In this document: positions 1 to 9,868 of the stretch, piece by piece
Numbering within the stretch: the stretch's first letter is position 1
How the letters are laid out: every line of letters begins with the position of its first letter
From: Candidatus Obscuribacterales bacterium
GTDB taxonomy: Bacteria; Cyanobacteriota; Vampirovibrionia; Obscuribacterales; Obscuribacteraceae
DNA length: 64,000 nt
Assembly (NCBI GenBank): GCA_965228855.1
Contig: CBDDIJ010000002.1
Span: 2,525,177 to 2,589,176, forward strand
Reading direction: 5' to 3'
Translations under genes and position numbers: made by a program
The notes under the pieces: model-generated
Seen by the model: the letters and a program-made list of their open reading frames with translations, nothing else
What the model was told of the DNA's origin: nothing
The model's database searches: none

Positions 1-9
1 TTGATGTTA

Positions 10-1047
10 CTAATTTGAAGATAACGTTTGATGTGGGTTATATCGGCGAAACGACAGCACCTTAGCAAACGCGTATTTTACGGAGTTGACGAAACATTCA
101 ACGTCTTCTGGCTTTAGAAACAATACATAGGACGCGATCATCAGGTGCTCGAAGATTGGAAGATTCATCGTCCAGTCTATTCCGAGGTGTAAAAGAACTC
201 CGAGCACCAGAACGTAGTAGCGCAGTTCCTTGACCCAGATCAGGGTCCAGAGTGCAATTTCAATTGCGAGCGTTGCCCAGGTCGCAATTTGATAACCAAG
301 CATTCTGTCGAAGATGAATGGGATGGGAAACTTCGAAAAGTCTTCCATTCGGTTTGCGTAGTACACGGCCGTTCCATTCCACCATGTTTCGCCGTCCATT
401 TTTGCGAGCGTTGACTGAGCGTATACGAGAGCGATTTGAAAGCGCAGAAGGTTTTGAGTCCATGGTCTACAGAGTATGGGCGGCAACGCTTGTGATACAT
501 CAATGGTCCTGGGCTCCAGCTCTTGTCCTTCAGCCAGCGCATCGCGTTCTGCTTCACGGTCAGCGAACCGCGGGCGGTGCCAATTCGCAAACCAACTGTC
601 AATCGAATACATTTTTCCAATCGGACCAAACATCATCAAAAATAAACACACACGCATCAAAGTGTGCCCGCTATTGAAGATGAGCAGGTTGCGATGGTGG
701 AACGATGTAACGCAAAGAAAGAGAATCAGCGCGCTGAAGTTCGCACGCAAACCCAACGTAAATGTTACGGCAGCGATCATCATGATTACATAGAGTTTCG
801 ATACCCAGGCATTGTCAGGCGGCAACCAGAATAAAATAGAGAAGCGGTTGCTTGCTTCGAATTGTTCCATGGTTTGAACGGATACGATGCCGTCATAGCC
901 GAACCACGTCTGCAAATCCGGCAACCAGAGCAAGCTCGACAATATTAACAGCAAGCCCAACAATATTCGAAAGAGACAAAGCGGAGCCGGAGATTGTGGT
1001 TGAAACCACATTCGATACCAGAGCGTACGTATGTCCTGAAAACTCAT
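10..1047 (-). CDS. HTTM-domain membrane protein (SdpB / vitamin K-dependent gamma-carboxylase-like)
   Basis: LFRILLG, HHRNLLIFNSG, YSIDSW, LRFQIALVY, KMDGETWWNGTA and GVLLHLGI motifs typical of HTTM proteins; multiple TM helices; ATGA overlap with the upstream gene. Confidence 0.85.
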   Translation of the reverse strand: MSFQDIRTLWYRMWFQPQSPAPLCLFRILLGLLLILSSLLWLPDLQTWFGYDGIVSVQTMEQFEASNRFSILFWLPPDNAWVSKLYVIMMIAAVTFTLGLRANFSALILFLCVTSFHHRNLLIFNSGHTLMRVCLFLMMFGPIGKMYSIDSWFANWHRPRFADREAERDALAEGQELEPRTIDVSQALPPILCRPWTQNLLRFQIALVYAQSTLAKMDGETWWNGTAVYYANRMEDFSKFPIPFIFDRMLGYQIATWATLAIEIALWTLIWVKELRYYVLVLGVLLHLGIDWTMNLPIFEHLMIASYVLFLKPEDVECFVNSVKYAFAKVLSFRRYNPHQTLSSN

Positions 1048-1679
1048 TTTGAATCCTCATGAAGCTTACGTTTCAAATCTTCAGACGAGGTCTGTTTCGA
1101 AATCTCCTGCGAAGTCTGTTTCAAGTCCTCCGGCAGCACTCTGTATAAGTAGAACTGATACTTTTCCAATTGTTCGGGATTTGGCTTGCCGAAACCATCT
1201 TCGGGCGGCATTGTCTCCGCGCGCGTGCGAGTCAGCGCGACTGTCAGCGGATGTTTTGACTTCTCGTCATTCGCTCGTGCAACCCAGCGAGCGAAGTCCG
1301 GCCATAATAAGTTGTTGCCATTTAAACAATCGTTTCCGTACTTGCGCCAATGTTCTTTGCAATAGCGCTCAAACAATCCCAAGTTTTCCATTGCCGGATA
1401 ATGCCAGATCTTCTCTGTTCCATCATCGTATCTAATGGTGGCATAAATTCGGTAATTCTCTTTGCGCGGGTCAGGGGCGAATACCGCAAAGCCCTGCCAA
1501 ATCCCCGTGTAATAGATCTGTTGCGTAATCGGTTTTATAAAGAAATCTCTTGTGCGCGACCACGGCAAAACCCACAGTATGACCGACAGGATGTAGAAGA
1601 TGATAAACAGTGTTATCACCGTCTTTCTAAACGGGCTATCTATGGGTTTTTCAATGTGTGCTTGCATCCGCGTCGCCAT
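1044..1679 (-). CDS. SdpA/DUF5819-like partner of the HTTM protein
   Basis: N-terminal TM helix; GIWQGFAVFAPDP matches the Q-x-W/F-x-x-FAPxP motif of HTTM partner proteins; translationally coupled to the HTTM gene. Confidence 0.65.
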   Translation of the reverse strand: MATRMQAHIEKPIDSPFRKTVITLFIIFYILSVILWVLPWSRTRDFFIKPITQQIYYTGIWQGFAVFAPDPRKENYRIYATIRYDDGTEKIWHYPAMENLGLFERYCKEHWRKYGNDCLNGNNLLWPDFARWVARANDEKSKHPLTVALTRTRAETMPPEDGFGKPNPEQLEKYQFYLYRVLPEDLKQTSQEISKQTSSEDLKRKLHEDSK

Positions 1680-2466
1680 TAGGGTGTTCGCTGCCCGCGT
1701 TTACGCTTTGATTACTTGGAACGTTTGCTCCGCGAGTTTCACTCGTTTCATCTGCTTTCGGCGCTCCGGACCCTGCGCCTGTAATGCGTCTGATCTTCCG
1801 AGGCTTCCCGACCTCGTACTCTTGAAGCGCTTTATCGACCAGAACATCGGCAGGCTTTCTCCACTTCGGCGCGTAAAAGTCGTAAATCATCAGCACGTCC
1901 TTAGCTTTTGTATCAACGGCTTGCAGATATTGGGCACGTAGTTCCTGCTTGGCGATTTCGATAGCATTCGCCTTGGCCTGCTCCAGCGTGCCGCCCTCTC
2001 CGTAAAACGTGCGACCGATAACTCGATGACAGGCTGCGCTTGCGGCTTCGTGGGCATCAACAAAAACGCGTTGGCAAACTTGCACATGACCGTCTTCAAA
2101 GTCGGCACGGCGATTTTGAACGGTTTGCGATAGCCAAACCGTAATCGGCAATTTTAGCGTTACACGCGCCCGCGTGATTGTCGCTCTGACCTGCCATTTG
2201 TTTCGCGAGACCTGGTTTTCATCTGCAATTTCAGCTTCTAGCTCTGGCTCGCAGACGTACTGGTAAACGGTTGTAGACTCTTCTTTTCCGACCTCTGCCG
2301 GAGGCAACTTCTTATCGAAGACTTTCTTCTCGACCGTGGATGCCTCTTTGTTTATTTCGACCGGTGAGGTTTTGAAATATTTTGGCGCGACGGCAACTAT
2401 TGCGATGATGACCGGGATTCCGATAATCATCAGTAGAGTTTCCATCTTGGGTAAGCCTGGTTTCAC
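1651..2466 (-). CDS. Membrane-anchored protein, possibly DUF922-like degenerate metalloprotease
   Basis: N-terminal TM; beta-rich segment followed by FEDGHVQVC, resembling HExGH with the first His replaced; overlaps the next gene by 29 bp. Confidence 0.5.
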   Translation of the reverse strand: MKPGLPKMETLLMIIGIPVIIAIVAVAPKYFKTSPVEINKEASTVEKKVFDKKLPPAEVGKEESTTVYQYVCEPELEAEIADENQVSRNKWQVRATITRARVTLKLPITVWLSQTVQNRRADFEDGHVQVCQRVFVDAHEAASAACHRVIGRTFYGEGGTLEQAKANAIEIAKQELRAQYLQAVDTKAKDVLMIYDFYAPKWRKPADVLVDKALQEYEVGKPRKIRRITGAGSGAPKADETSETRGANVPSNQSVNAGSEHPNGDADASTH

Positions 2467-2527
2467 GTTTCCTCGAGCCTTGAGACCGCATTTACTTTAT
2501 GCCACGGAATGTAGGCTCAAAATTCAT

Positions 2528-4603
2528 TTATTTGTTATCGGCGCGGTCTGCGTCGCACACAGACCGCGCGAGCCAATATTCGAGTTTGGCGATCAGTGTG
2601 TCTAGTACCACCGGCTTGCTGAGATAATCATCCATTCCGGCTTTCAAACAGCGCATCTCGTCACCTGCCATCGCAAGAGCCGTCATCGCTATGATCGGCG
2701 TGCGACGCTCCGTCTGCTGCTCGTACTCTCGTATCAAGCGCGTTGCCTCGAAGCCGGAAATATCGGGCAAATTGCAGTCCATCAGTATTAGATCAAACTC
2801 TTCGCTGCAAACAGCACTGACGGCTTCTAGCCCAGTCAGCACTCCGAGCGGTTTTAAACCAAGATTCGACAACTGTTTCATCACAAGAGTACGAATGAGC
2901 TTATTGTCTTCAACAACCAGAATTTTTAGATCGGCTGGTAAGCGCGATTGCCAGCGGTTGACCTGGATCGTGCTCGCATCATTGATATCGCGCTCCTTGA
3001 GCGGCTCTCGAAGGGGAAGCGAAAACCAGAATTCCGAGCCGCGATTGAGTTGCGATGTCAAACCAATCGCTCCATCCATCAGTTCGACTATTTTTTTGCA
3101 TATGGACAGCCCCAAACCGGTGCCGCCCGCGTGGCGAATTCGGGCTGATTCCAATTGCAGAAAGGGAACGAAGAGTTTTTTCTGTTCTTCATCAGATAAA
3201 CCGATACCAGTGTCTTGCACCGAAAAGCGTACTGACACGACATGATCGTCCGTTTGAATTGCCTGCGCCGTAATCGTAACCTGTCCGCTATCTGTGAACT
3301 TGATTGCGTTGTGAACCAGGTTTACCAGCAATTGTCGAATCCGAGAGGGGTCGCCCAGAAGGTGCGGCGGCAATAGCTGATCGATGTTTGTGCTGAGCGA
3401 GAGCTGCTTTACCCTAGCGCTTTCAGCGAGACTTTTCGCCACGTCCTGAACCAGGTCGTTGACGGAAAACGGAACCACTTCAAGCGCTAACTTTCCAGCT
3501 TCCATTTTTGAAAAATCGAGCAAGTCGTTAACGATACCCAGCAGGCTTTTGGCCGAGTCATCGATGCCCTTGCTGAAGCCAAGTTGCTCCTCGCTCAAAT
3601 TCGTGTTGGCGAGTAGCTCGCTCATTCCTACAATGCCACTAAGAGGGGTTCGCAGCTCGTGACTGATACTAGCAACGAATGCCGACTTCAGAGCGGATGC
3701 CTCGAGTGCGGTATCGCGGGCGGTGACAAGTTGCTTGGACGTTTCTTCTAAATGTCCGGCTTGAGTCTCGACTGTTTGACCGGAAACATTCAGAAGTTCC
3801 TTAACGGCAGCAAGCTCCGAGCGAAGCCTCATAATTGTGGCGTTTGCGTCAGTGGGCATATTCGCCGGATCTGTGTCGAAAGTGCGTCCTCCATCAAAGC
3901 AGACCAGAGCACTTTTGATTGACATCGCAAGCGGCCTGAAAAGTTCTTCCGTATTTTGAGGAATTTGTTGCTTTGAGAAGATGATCATTGCGAACAGATT
4001 TCCGGAAGGTAGCATCGCACCGCATCCAATTACAGACTTGATACCGTAAGTGGTGACGAAGCTTGTTTGGTCTGGAATGAATGGACTGCCGACAGCATCA
4101 GAGATGAAGAACAAACCGTATGGTTGATCTTCTGGTTCCAGCAGGGATGTGTTAGGACTGACAACCGACGGCACGTCAAAGTCGAATTGGCTGAGCAGCT
4201 GTGAAACCATAGGCATGCGTCCTATTAGCTCCGGGCTTGGCAGCGGTATGACTTGATGATTTGCTGATGTCTCGCGAGCGTTCCAATGTTTTTCTGTCCC
4301 GGCAGTCCCAAGCAAAACCATCGCTTTCATCGCGTCGGTAAACTCGAAGTCGTGGAAGCGACTCTGCGCGAACTGTTTGAGCTCCTCATTCAGTTCCGAG
4401 AAATTGTGTGTTTTGAACATTCTGACCAAGGCACAGCTTCGCTGCCCATTTGTGGCGTCGATAAAATGTTCGTAGAAGAATCTGGCGGTCCGACGCGCTA
4501 CCTCTTCCATCGATGTGGCAGATGTGCCTAAGCCGCGCAACTCTCTCGAGCAGGAGATCATGTCCGACAGGCTAAAATTGCTGAAGTCATACACGTCGGT
4601 CAC
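2528..4603 (-). CDS. Cytoplasmic hybrid histidine kinase (GAF-like sensor, HisKA, HATPase, REC)
   Basis: H-box SHELRTPL, N-box NLVHNAIKFT, DTGIG, GGTGLGL, REC LILMDCNLP; no TM; GTG start. Confidence 0.92.
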   Translation of the reverse strand: MTDVYDFSNFSLSDMISCSRELRGLGTSATSMEEVARRTARFFYEHFIDATNGQRSCALVRMFKTHNFSELNEELKQFAQSRFHDFEFTDAMKAMVLLGTAGTEKHWNARETSANHQVIPLPSPELIGRMPMVSQLLSQFDFDVPSVVSPNTSLLEPEDQPYGLFFISDAVGSPFIPDQTSFVTTYGIKSVIGCGAMLPSGNLFAMIIFSKQQIPQNTEELFRPLAMSIKSALVCFDGGRTFDTDPANMPTDANATIMRLRSELAAVKELLNVSGQTVETQAGHLEETSKQLVTARDTALEASALKSAFVASISHELRTPLSGIVGMSELLANTNLSEEQLGFSKGIDDSAKSLLGIVNDLLDFSKMEAGKLALEVVPFSVNDLVQDVAKSLAESARVKQLSLSTNIDQLLPPHLLGDPSRIRQLLVNLVHNAIKFTDSGQVTITAQAIQTDDHVVSVRFSVQDTGIGLSDEEQKKLFVPFLQLESARIRHAGGTGLGLSICKKIVELMDGAIGLTSQLNRGSEFWFSLPLREPLKERDINDASTIQVNRWQSRLPADLKILVVEDNKLIRTLVMKQLSNLGLKPLGVLTGLEAVSAVCSEEFDLILMDCNLPDISGFEATRLIREYEQQTERRTPIIAMTALAMAGDEMRCLKAGMDDYLSKPVVLDTLIAKLEYWLARSVCDADRADNK

Positions 4604-4755
4604 CTGTTAATAACAAGCAATTCCAGGGAATGTCGGTCCTTTATATGTTCCATTTTAGTGACAATGGTAAACGCGAAAAAGCACGCTTGCGGTGCTCGAC
4701 CGCAACTATTCCTCGACAGCGGTGTATGTAAAATTTAGGAAGAAGGGCGCCGATT

Positions 4756-5811
4756 ATGAAACGTTCTAAAGTCTGCCAAGAAGCTCACAGAATCAAGCAG
4801 TGCACTCTGGCCGTTATGATACTAATAGTCGGTGCGATGATTGCGTCGAACGTCCTGGCTGTCCTCGCTCAGGAGGGGGCCACTCAAAAGCTGTCAGGTC
4901 CTCAACGCCAGCGTTTGCGGCAATTTATTCAACGCCGACGTGCTCAGCGTGACCGCTCCAGTGGCGAGGGCGCGAAGTCCAGTCGCATGGGCGATGGTCG
5001 GTTTCAATCTCCAAGCATTGATCCGGCTAAAGTCGATGCGCGATTTAACATTCCGTATGGTAAGGATGAGCGACAGATGCTCGATCTTTACATTCCAAAG
5101 GTGCTTAAAGCACCGGCGCCGATTCTGGTGTTTGTGCACGGTGGTGGATGGCGCCGCGGAAGCAAGGATTTGCAGAGGTCTAAGGGGGTGAGTTATGCGG
5201 AGAATGGTATCGTCACGATTTGCACTAATTACCGGCTTGCACCAGATGTGATGCATCCGAAGCAAGTGGAGGATGTTGCGGCAGCCGTCTCCTGGGCAAA
5301 ACAACACGCCACCGAATATGGTGCTAATCCTGAACGCATCTTTGTAATGGGGCATTCTGCCGGTGCTCACCTGGTCGATTTGCTGGGAACCAACGACCGG
5401 TTCTTGAAGCAATACGGGCTTGGCTTGGATGACATCAAAGGGGTAATAAGTTTAGACACTGCCAGTCTGAATTTGCTTGAGCGTGGAAAAGAAAACACAC
5501 TCGAAGGAAATATGGTGGGTGACATGATCAAGCAGGCGTTTGGAACTGACCCAGAGGTACTTGCTGATGGCTCGCCGACTTTGAGCGTTAAATCCGGTCA
5601 CAAATATCCCCCGTTCTTAATGTATTGTGGTGAACGCAGAGTGAGCTGCGTCGCGCAACACAAAAGTTTCGAGACTGCCATGAAGAAGACTGATGGTGCC
5701 AAGGTCGTCGTCAAACCGGTGCCGCTCAGTCATGGTGATATCAGCAAACACGCGGGCACGACTTCGACCAGTATGTTCAAAGAAATTCTTGCATTCGTAA
5801 AGAACGAGTGA
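4756..5811 (+). CDS. Secreted alpha/beta hydrolase (HGGG-type carboxylesterase)
   Basis: LDLYIP, FVHGGGW, NYRLAP, GHSAG nucleophile elbow; N-terminal signal-like segment. Confidence 0.9.
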   Translation: MKRSKVCQEAHRIKQCTLAVMILIVGAMIASNVLAVLAQEGATQKLSGPQRQRLRQFIQRRRAQRDRSSGEGAKSSRMGDGRFQSPSIDPAKVDARFNIPYGKDERQMLDLYIPKVLKAPAPILVFVHGGGWRRGSKDLQRSKGVSYAENGIVTICTNYRLAPDVMHPKQVEDVAAAVSWAKQHATEYGANPERIFVMGHSAGAHLVDLLGTNDRFLKQYGLGLDDIKGVISLDTASLNLLERGKENTLEGNMVGDMIKQAFGTDPEVLADGSPTLSVKSGHKYPPFLMYCGERRVSCVAQHKSFETAMKKTDGAKVVVKPVPLSHGDISKHAGTTSTSMFKEILAFVKNE

Positions 5812-5835
5812 AAAAAGCTGCGGTATACTTTAGCG

Positions 5836-6282
5836 ATGGAAACAGCGACGAGAACGGTAGTTACGTTCAAAACTTCTAAATTCAATACGACCGAACCGCG
5901 CGATTACTTCATTAATCCCGATTGTTTTGGCGACGACTGCTGCAAGTGGTTTATTTCCGAACTCGAGGCTGATGGTGTTAAATGCGATGCCACTCCCGGC
6001 CAAGAAGATTTTGGTTGGTACTTCAACTTCGAGCATGCTGATAGTCGATATTGCGTGGTTGGCGGTTATCGTCTGGATGATGATATCTGGATGTTTTGGT
6101 TGGAGCGGCAGGCCGGTTTCTTTAGCTCTCTATTCGGCGGTCGCGATAAGGAGATCGCCTTATCCGCTGCCGAGGCGCTTCACCGCGTCCTAAGTCGGAG
6201 TTCCGACATCAGAAACGTGCAATGGCACACGAAGAAAAACTTCGATAAGAACATCGAAGACGCAGGTGCTCCTGCGCCGTAG
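5836..6282 (+). CDS. Hypothetical protein
   Basis: 148-aa ORF co-oriented with neighbours; FINPDCFGDD and QEDFGW look like conserved motifs. Confidence 0.75.
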   Translation: METATRTVVTFKTSKFNTTEPRDYFINPDCFGDDCCKWFISELEADGVKCDATPGQEDFGWYFNFEHADSRYCVVGGYRLDDDIWMFWLERQAGFFSSLFGGRDKEIALSAAEALHRVLSRSSDIRNVQWHTKKNFDKNIEDAGAPAP

Positions 6283-6409
6283 AATGCGATGACCATATCG
6301 GACTTGTGCGGCTAATGCCGGAACTGCCGGCGGTTTGAAACGTCAAATTCAGCAAAAGTCCGGGGCAATTCGATATGATTGACAATGTTGAGTGATAGGC
6401 GAGTTGAGC

Positions 6410-7126
6410 ATGAAACTATCGAAAGAAGTTTGTCTGTCAATAGTAGTTTGTTCCAGTGCGCTGCAAGCCGCCGTTTTACCGGTCGCCGCCGCGCCCCGGC
6501 CCGGTACTTCCGGTCGTACTCAGTCGCTTCCGCAGCAAGAGTCGAAGTATTTGCAAGATGTCGAGGCTGCCGAGAAGCAGCCGGGTGCTGGCAAAATGAA
6601 GTTAGCTGCCGCGCTGACAAAGCTAGCTGATTTTTATCGCGTAATTGGCAAAGGGGACAAGGCTATTCCTCTGCTTGAGCGAGGTTTGAAAATTGAGCGC
6701 GAGAATCACGGACCCTCTCGTGCAGCCCTGGTAGAGCGGCTCGCATCCGAATTCTATCGGACCAAGCAGTATGCGAAAGCGGAGCCCTTGTTGGTTGAGT
6801 GGCTGAATGACTTGGACAAGCAAAATCCTCCAGGCAAACAGCGCCCATTCGATCCGGCCATTCGAGTTCTTGTGTACCTCGGTGATACTTCGCTTGCTTT
6901 AGCTGATACAGCAAAAGCCGGCAAGTATCTGGAGCGCGCGCGTTCCATTTCGGAGAAATCAGATTTGAGCGGTGGCTTGACGCCTTACAGCATGGAATTT
7001 TTGAAAACCTATATCGACTACTTGTCGAAATCTGGTCAGAAAGCGGAAATCGCTGAGTGGCAGCAACGCCTGACTACGGCTATAAATCATCGCGAACGGC
7101 AATGTCTTGCTTGTGGCAGGGGCTGA
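6410..7126 (+). CDS. Secreted TPR protein with C-terminal CLACGRG
   Basis: Signal peptide after ATG 6410; TPR-like helices (LADFYRVIGKGDKAIPLLERGL; YRTKQYAKAEPLL). Confidence 0.8.
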   Translation: MKLSKEVCLSIVVCSSALQAAVLPVAAAPRPGTSGRTQSLPQQESKYLQDVEAAEKQPGAGKMKLAAALTKLADFYRVIGKGDKAIPLLERGLKIERENHGPSRAALVERLASEFYRTKQYAKAEPLLVEWLNDLDKQNPPGKQRPFDPAIRVLVYLGDTSLALADTAKAGKYLERARSISEKSDLSGGLTPYSMEFLKTYIDYLSKSGQKAEIAEWQQRLTTAINHRERQCLACGRG

Positions 7127-7223
7127 GCTGTTTCGCTGCCGAGTATATACCTTTGATCACAGTCGTTGGCCGTGCCTGCCTGGATTTGCTAAATTAGAGC
7201 TTTCCAACGGCATACCTTGATCG

Positions 7224-8000
7224 ATGAAAATCGCCACTTACAACGTAAACGGCATCACTGCTCGTCTTCCTTCATTGCTTCGCTATCTCGAAGAAAAGGC
7301 TCCGGATGTTGTCGGTCTGCAGGAGCTGAAAATAGTCGACGAAAAGTTTCCGGCTTTGCCCATCATTGGCGCCGGATACAACGTAATTTTTCATGGTCAA
7401 AAAAGTTGGAATGGCGTGGCAATTCTGGCTAAAAAGGAACATGAACTATCAGAGGTTGGCAGAGGTCTGCCCGGTGATCCGGAGGACGCCCAGAGCCGAT
7501 TTATCGAAGGGCGCGTGAATGACATTCGCGTTGGCTGTTTATATTTGCCAAACGGAAACCCAATGCCTGGTCCGAAGTTCGATTACAAAATGACCTGGAT
7601 GGACCGACTCCTGACGAAAGCCGAAGAACTTGTAAAACTTGATGAGCCGGTAGTTTTGCTTGGCGATTACAATGTGATACCAGAAAACATAGATGCCTAT
7701 CGACCCGACCGATATGTTTTCGATGCCGTTTTCTCACTCGAAGCTAAAGAGGCGTATCAAGAGCTTCTTCAGCAAGGATGGACTGATTCGATTCGTCAGT
7801 TGTTTCCGGAAGAGAAGATTTTTACATACTGGGATTATTTCCGAAATTCGTTTGCACGTGATGCTGGTATTCGCATGGACCATCTTTTGTTGAATCCTGT
7901 GCTCGTAAAGCGTCTGCAGACCGGAGGCGTCGATCGCGATGTGCGCGGTTGGGAGAAGCCTAGCGATCACGCACCAACTTGGATTACAGTCAACGATTAA
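7224..8000 (+). CDS. xth: Exodeoxyribonuclease III / AP endonuclease
   Basis: MKIATYNVNG, LQELK, YLPNGN, GDYN, FTYWDY, RMDHLL and PSDHAP motifs. Confidence 0.95.
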   Translation: MKIATYNVNGITARLPSLLRYLEEKAPDVVGLQELKIVDEKFPALPIIGAGYNVIFHGQKSWNGVAILAKKEHELSEVGRGLPGDPEDAQSRFIEGRVNDIRVGCLYLPNGNPMPGPKFDYKMTWMDRLLTKAEELVKLDEPVVLLGDYNVIPENIDAYRPDRYVFDAVFSLEAKEAYQELLQQGWTDSIRQLFPEEKIFTYWDYFRNSFARDAGIRMDHLLLNPVLVKRLQTGGVDRDVRGWEKPSDHAPTWITVND

Positions 8001-8047
8001 ATAGCATGCAAGAAACACTCATGAAGCAGATTGTCAGAGGCACACAA

Positions 8048-8362
8048 ATGTCTGAAGCGTTTAAGAACGTCGATATCAAAATCTGCGCGACCTTAACGAA
8101 TCATCCAAAATTTGGTGCTTTGCGCGACAAGATTGCTGACATAGTTTTTCTTTTCTCTAAAGAGGATAATGGTCCTGTGACTCGCGTTGCCATCGAATAC
8201 AATGTTCGAGAGCTTCTTCGCAAGTCCGGTTTCGGCGGGATGGTGCGGGTGATTTGTGATGAGAAAAATAATCCTAAGGCAACCCGACAACACAAGTTTG
8301 TTTTAGAAATTGTCGATATGGATCAAAAGACCAGAGAACTCGAAGAGCAAAGTCGCCACTAA
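8048..8362 (+). CDS. Small protein resembling the phage tail-sheath C-terminal domain
   Basis: AGAGG RBS 7 nt before ATG 8048; EDNGPVTRVAI...VICDEKNNP...FVLEI pattern like sheath C-termini (EPND...VKCDETNNP...LVIEI). Confidence 0.55.
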   Translation: MSEAFKNVDIKICATLTNHPKFGALRDKIADIVFLFSKEDNGPVTRVAIEYNVRELLRKSGFGGMVRVICDEKNNPKATRQHKFVLEIVDMDQKTRELEEQSRH

Positions 8363-8423
8363 CAAATAGTTTTGACAGATCGACATAAGATTCGCTACGA
8401 TCTTCCGACCTGGGAGATTCAAG

Positions 8424-9458
8424 ATGTCACAAGCCGCTACTGAACAGAAATACACGCCCGCTCAGCGATTAAGTGGAATCGTAAATAGCTACGTCATCAC
8501 TTCGGCTGTCAATGCGGTTATCCGCTTAAATATTCCTGATATTTTGGGTGATGGCGAAATTGATGTCGACGCTCTGGCGAAACAGACCCAGACAAATGCT
8601 GATGCTCTCTGTCGCGTACTGAGACTCCTTGCGTCTATGGAAATTTTTGAAGAAACCAAAGATCGCGTTTTCGCTAACACGGAAGCAAGTCAGTCGATAC
8701 GTAGCGATACTGCTGATTCGCAGCGAGCGATGATAGAGTTTATCTCTGATCCTATGCATATGGAACTGTACGCTGATATGTTGCCGACTATTAAAGATGG
8801 TCGACCAAGTTCCGAACACCGATTCAAGAAAAATATTTTTGATCTGTTCGAGGAAAATCCTGACGAGCAGAAGCGCTTCAATGACGCTATGTCGAATTTG
8901 TCAGAGAACGCCATTCGAGGAGTTCTAGACGCTTATGATTTTTCTGGCATTGGAACTCTTGTAGATGTCGCCGGTGGTCATGGAGTATTGTTGACGTCCA
9001 TTCTGCAAAAGTATCCTGATATGAAAGGCGTCTTGTTCGACCTAAAGCACGTCGTATCTGGTAGTAAGAAACGCATCGAGGAGTTGAAGCTGACGGAGCA
9101 TTGCAGCACCGCATCTGGTGACTTCTTCAAAGCAGTCCCATCAGGCGATGCCTATATTTTGAAACACATCATCCATGATTGGGATGACGAGCAGTCCTTG
9201 AAGATATTGAAAAACTGTCACGCCGCAATGGCTAAGTCTGGTGCGCGGAAACTTCTGCTTGTAGAGATGCTCCTGCCAGGACGAAACGTCATGCACCCGA
9301 GTAAGTTTCTCGACGTTGAAATGATGATGTTGCCTGGAGGCAGAGAACGAACTGAGGGAGAGTACAGAGACTTGCTCCAGAAAGCTGGTTTCCAACTCAC
9401 AAGCGTCTTTGCCACAAAAGGTCCTAACAACGTAATTGAATCCGTGCCGATAGGCTGA
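8424..9458 (+). CDS. SAM-dependent O-methyltransferase (dimerisation + Methyltransf_2)
   Basis: VDVAGGHG, GDFF, LKHIIHDW and GGRERT motifs; GGGAG RBS. Confidence 0.93.
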   Translation: MSQAATEQKYTPAQRLSGIVNSYVITSAVNAVIRLNIPDILGDGEIDVDALAKQTQTNADALCRVLRLLASMEIFEETKDRVFANTEASQSIRSDTADSQRAMIEFISDPMHMELYADMLPTIKDGRPSSEHRFKKNIFDLFEENPDEQKRFNDAMSNLSENAIRGVLDAYDFSGIGTLVDVAGGHGVLLTSILQKYPDMKGVLFDLKHVVSGSKKRIEELKLTEHCSTASGDFFKAVPSGDAYILKHIIHDWDDEQSLKILKNCHAAMAKSGARKLLLVEMLLPGRNVMHPSKFLDVEMMMLPGGRERTEGEYRDLLQKAGFQLTSVFATKGPNNVIESVPIG

Positions 9459-9487
9459 TCGAGCAGCCGGTTCACTGCCACTACTTG

Positions 9488-9868
9488 CTATTGCAGTTCA
9501 TGCACATCATCTGCAGCTACTACATTTTTCACTGACGCAGGTGGCATAGCACGAGCTGGCGTTATTGCCTCATCTGGTACTGCGGGCGGTGTGTCCGAGC
9601 CCGGCGCTTTTGTCTTTATAGGTATTCCCGCGCCAGGTGGGGCCAGTGGTACGGGCGCAAGAGCCGAGTCTTGCGCGGGCGTGAGCCGTTTTACTGGTCT
9701 TGTCTCTGAGCTGGTTGACGCTCCAGCGTCGTCGGACAGCAGCATTGTGAATCTGTCCACAGTTTCGTCGTTCATTGATTCGAACAATCTGCCAAGGCTG
9801 CGCACTGACTCGGATTCCGGGGCGGAATTATTGACGACAAGACGAAGATGGCGCGGTTTCTTGTTCAC
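9488..9868 (-). CDS. Small hypothetical protein, KKPRHLRLVV family (copy A)
   Basis: GTG start with GAGG RBS; paralogous to 11024-11275; Pro/Ala-rich tail. Confidence 0.7.
   Translation of the reverse strand: MNKKPRHLRLVVNNSAPESESVRSLGRLFESMNDETVDRFTMLLSDDAGASTSSETRPVKRLTPAQDSALAPVPLAPPGAGIPIKTKAPGSDTPPAVPDEAITPARAMPPASVKNVVAADDVHELQ

Noticed and set aside
8424..9458. Methyltransferase (with the distant P450) as a biosynthetic gene cluster
   Set aside because: No scaffold-forming enzymes nearby and the two genes are ~38 kb apart
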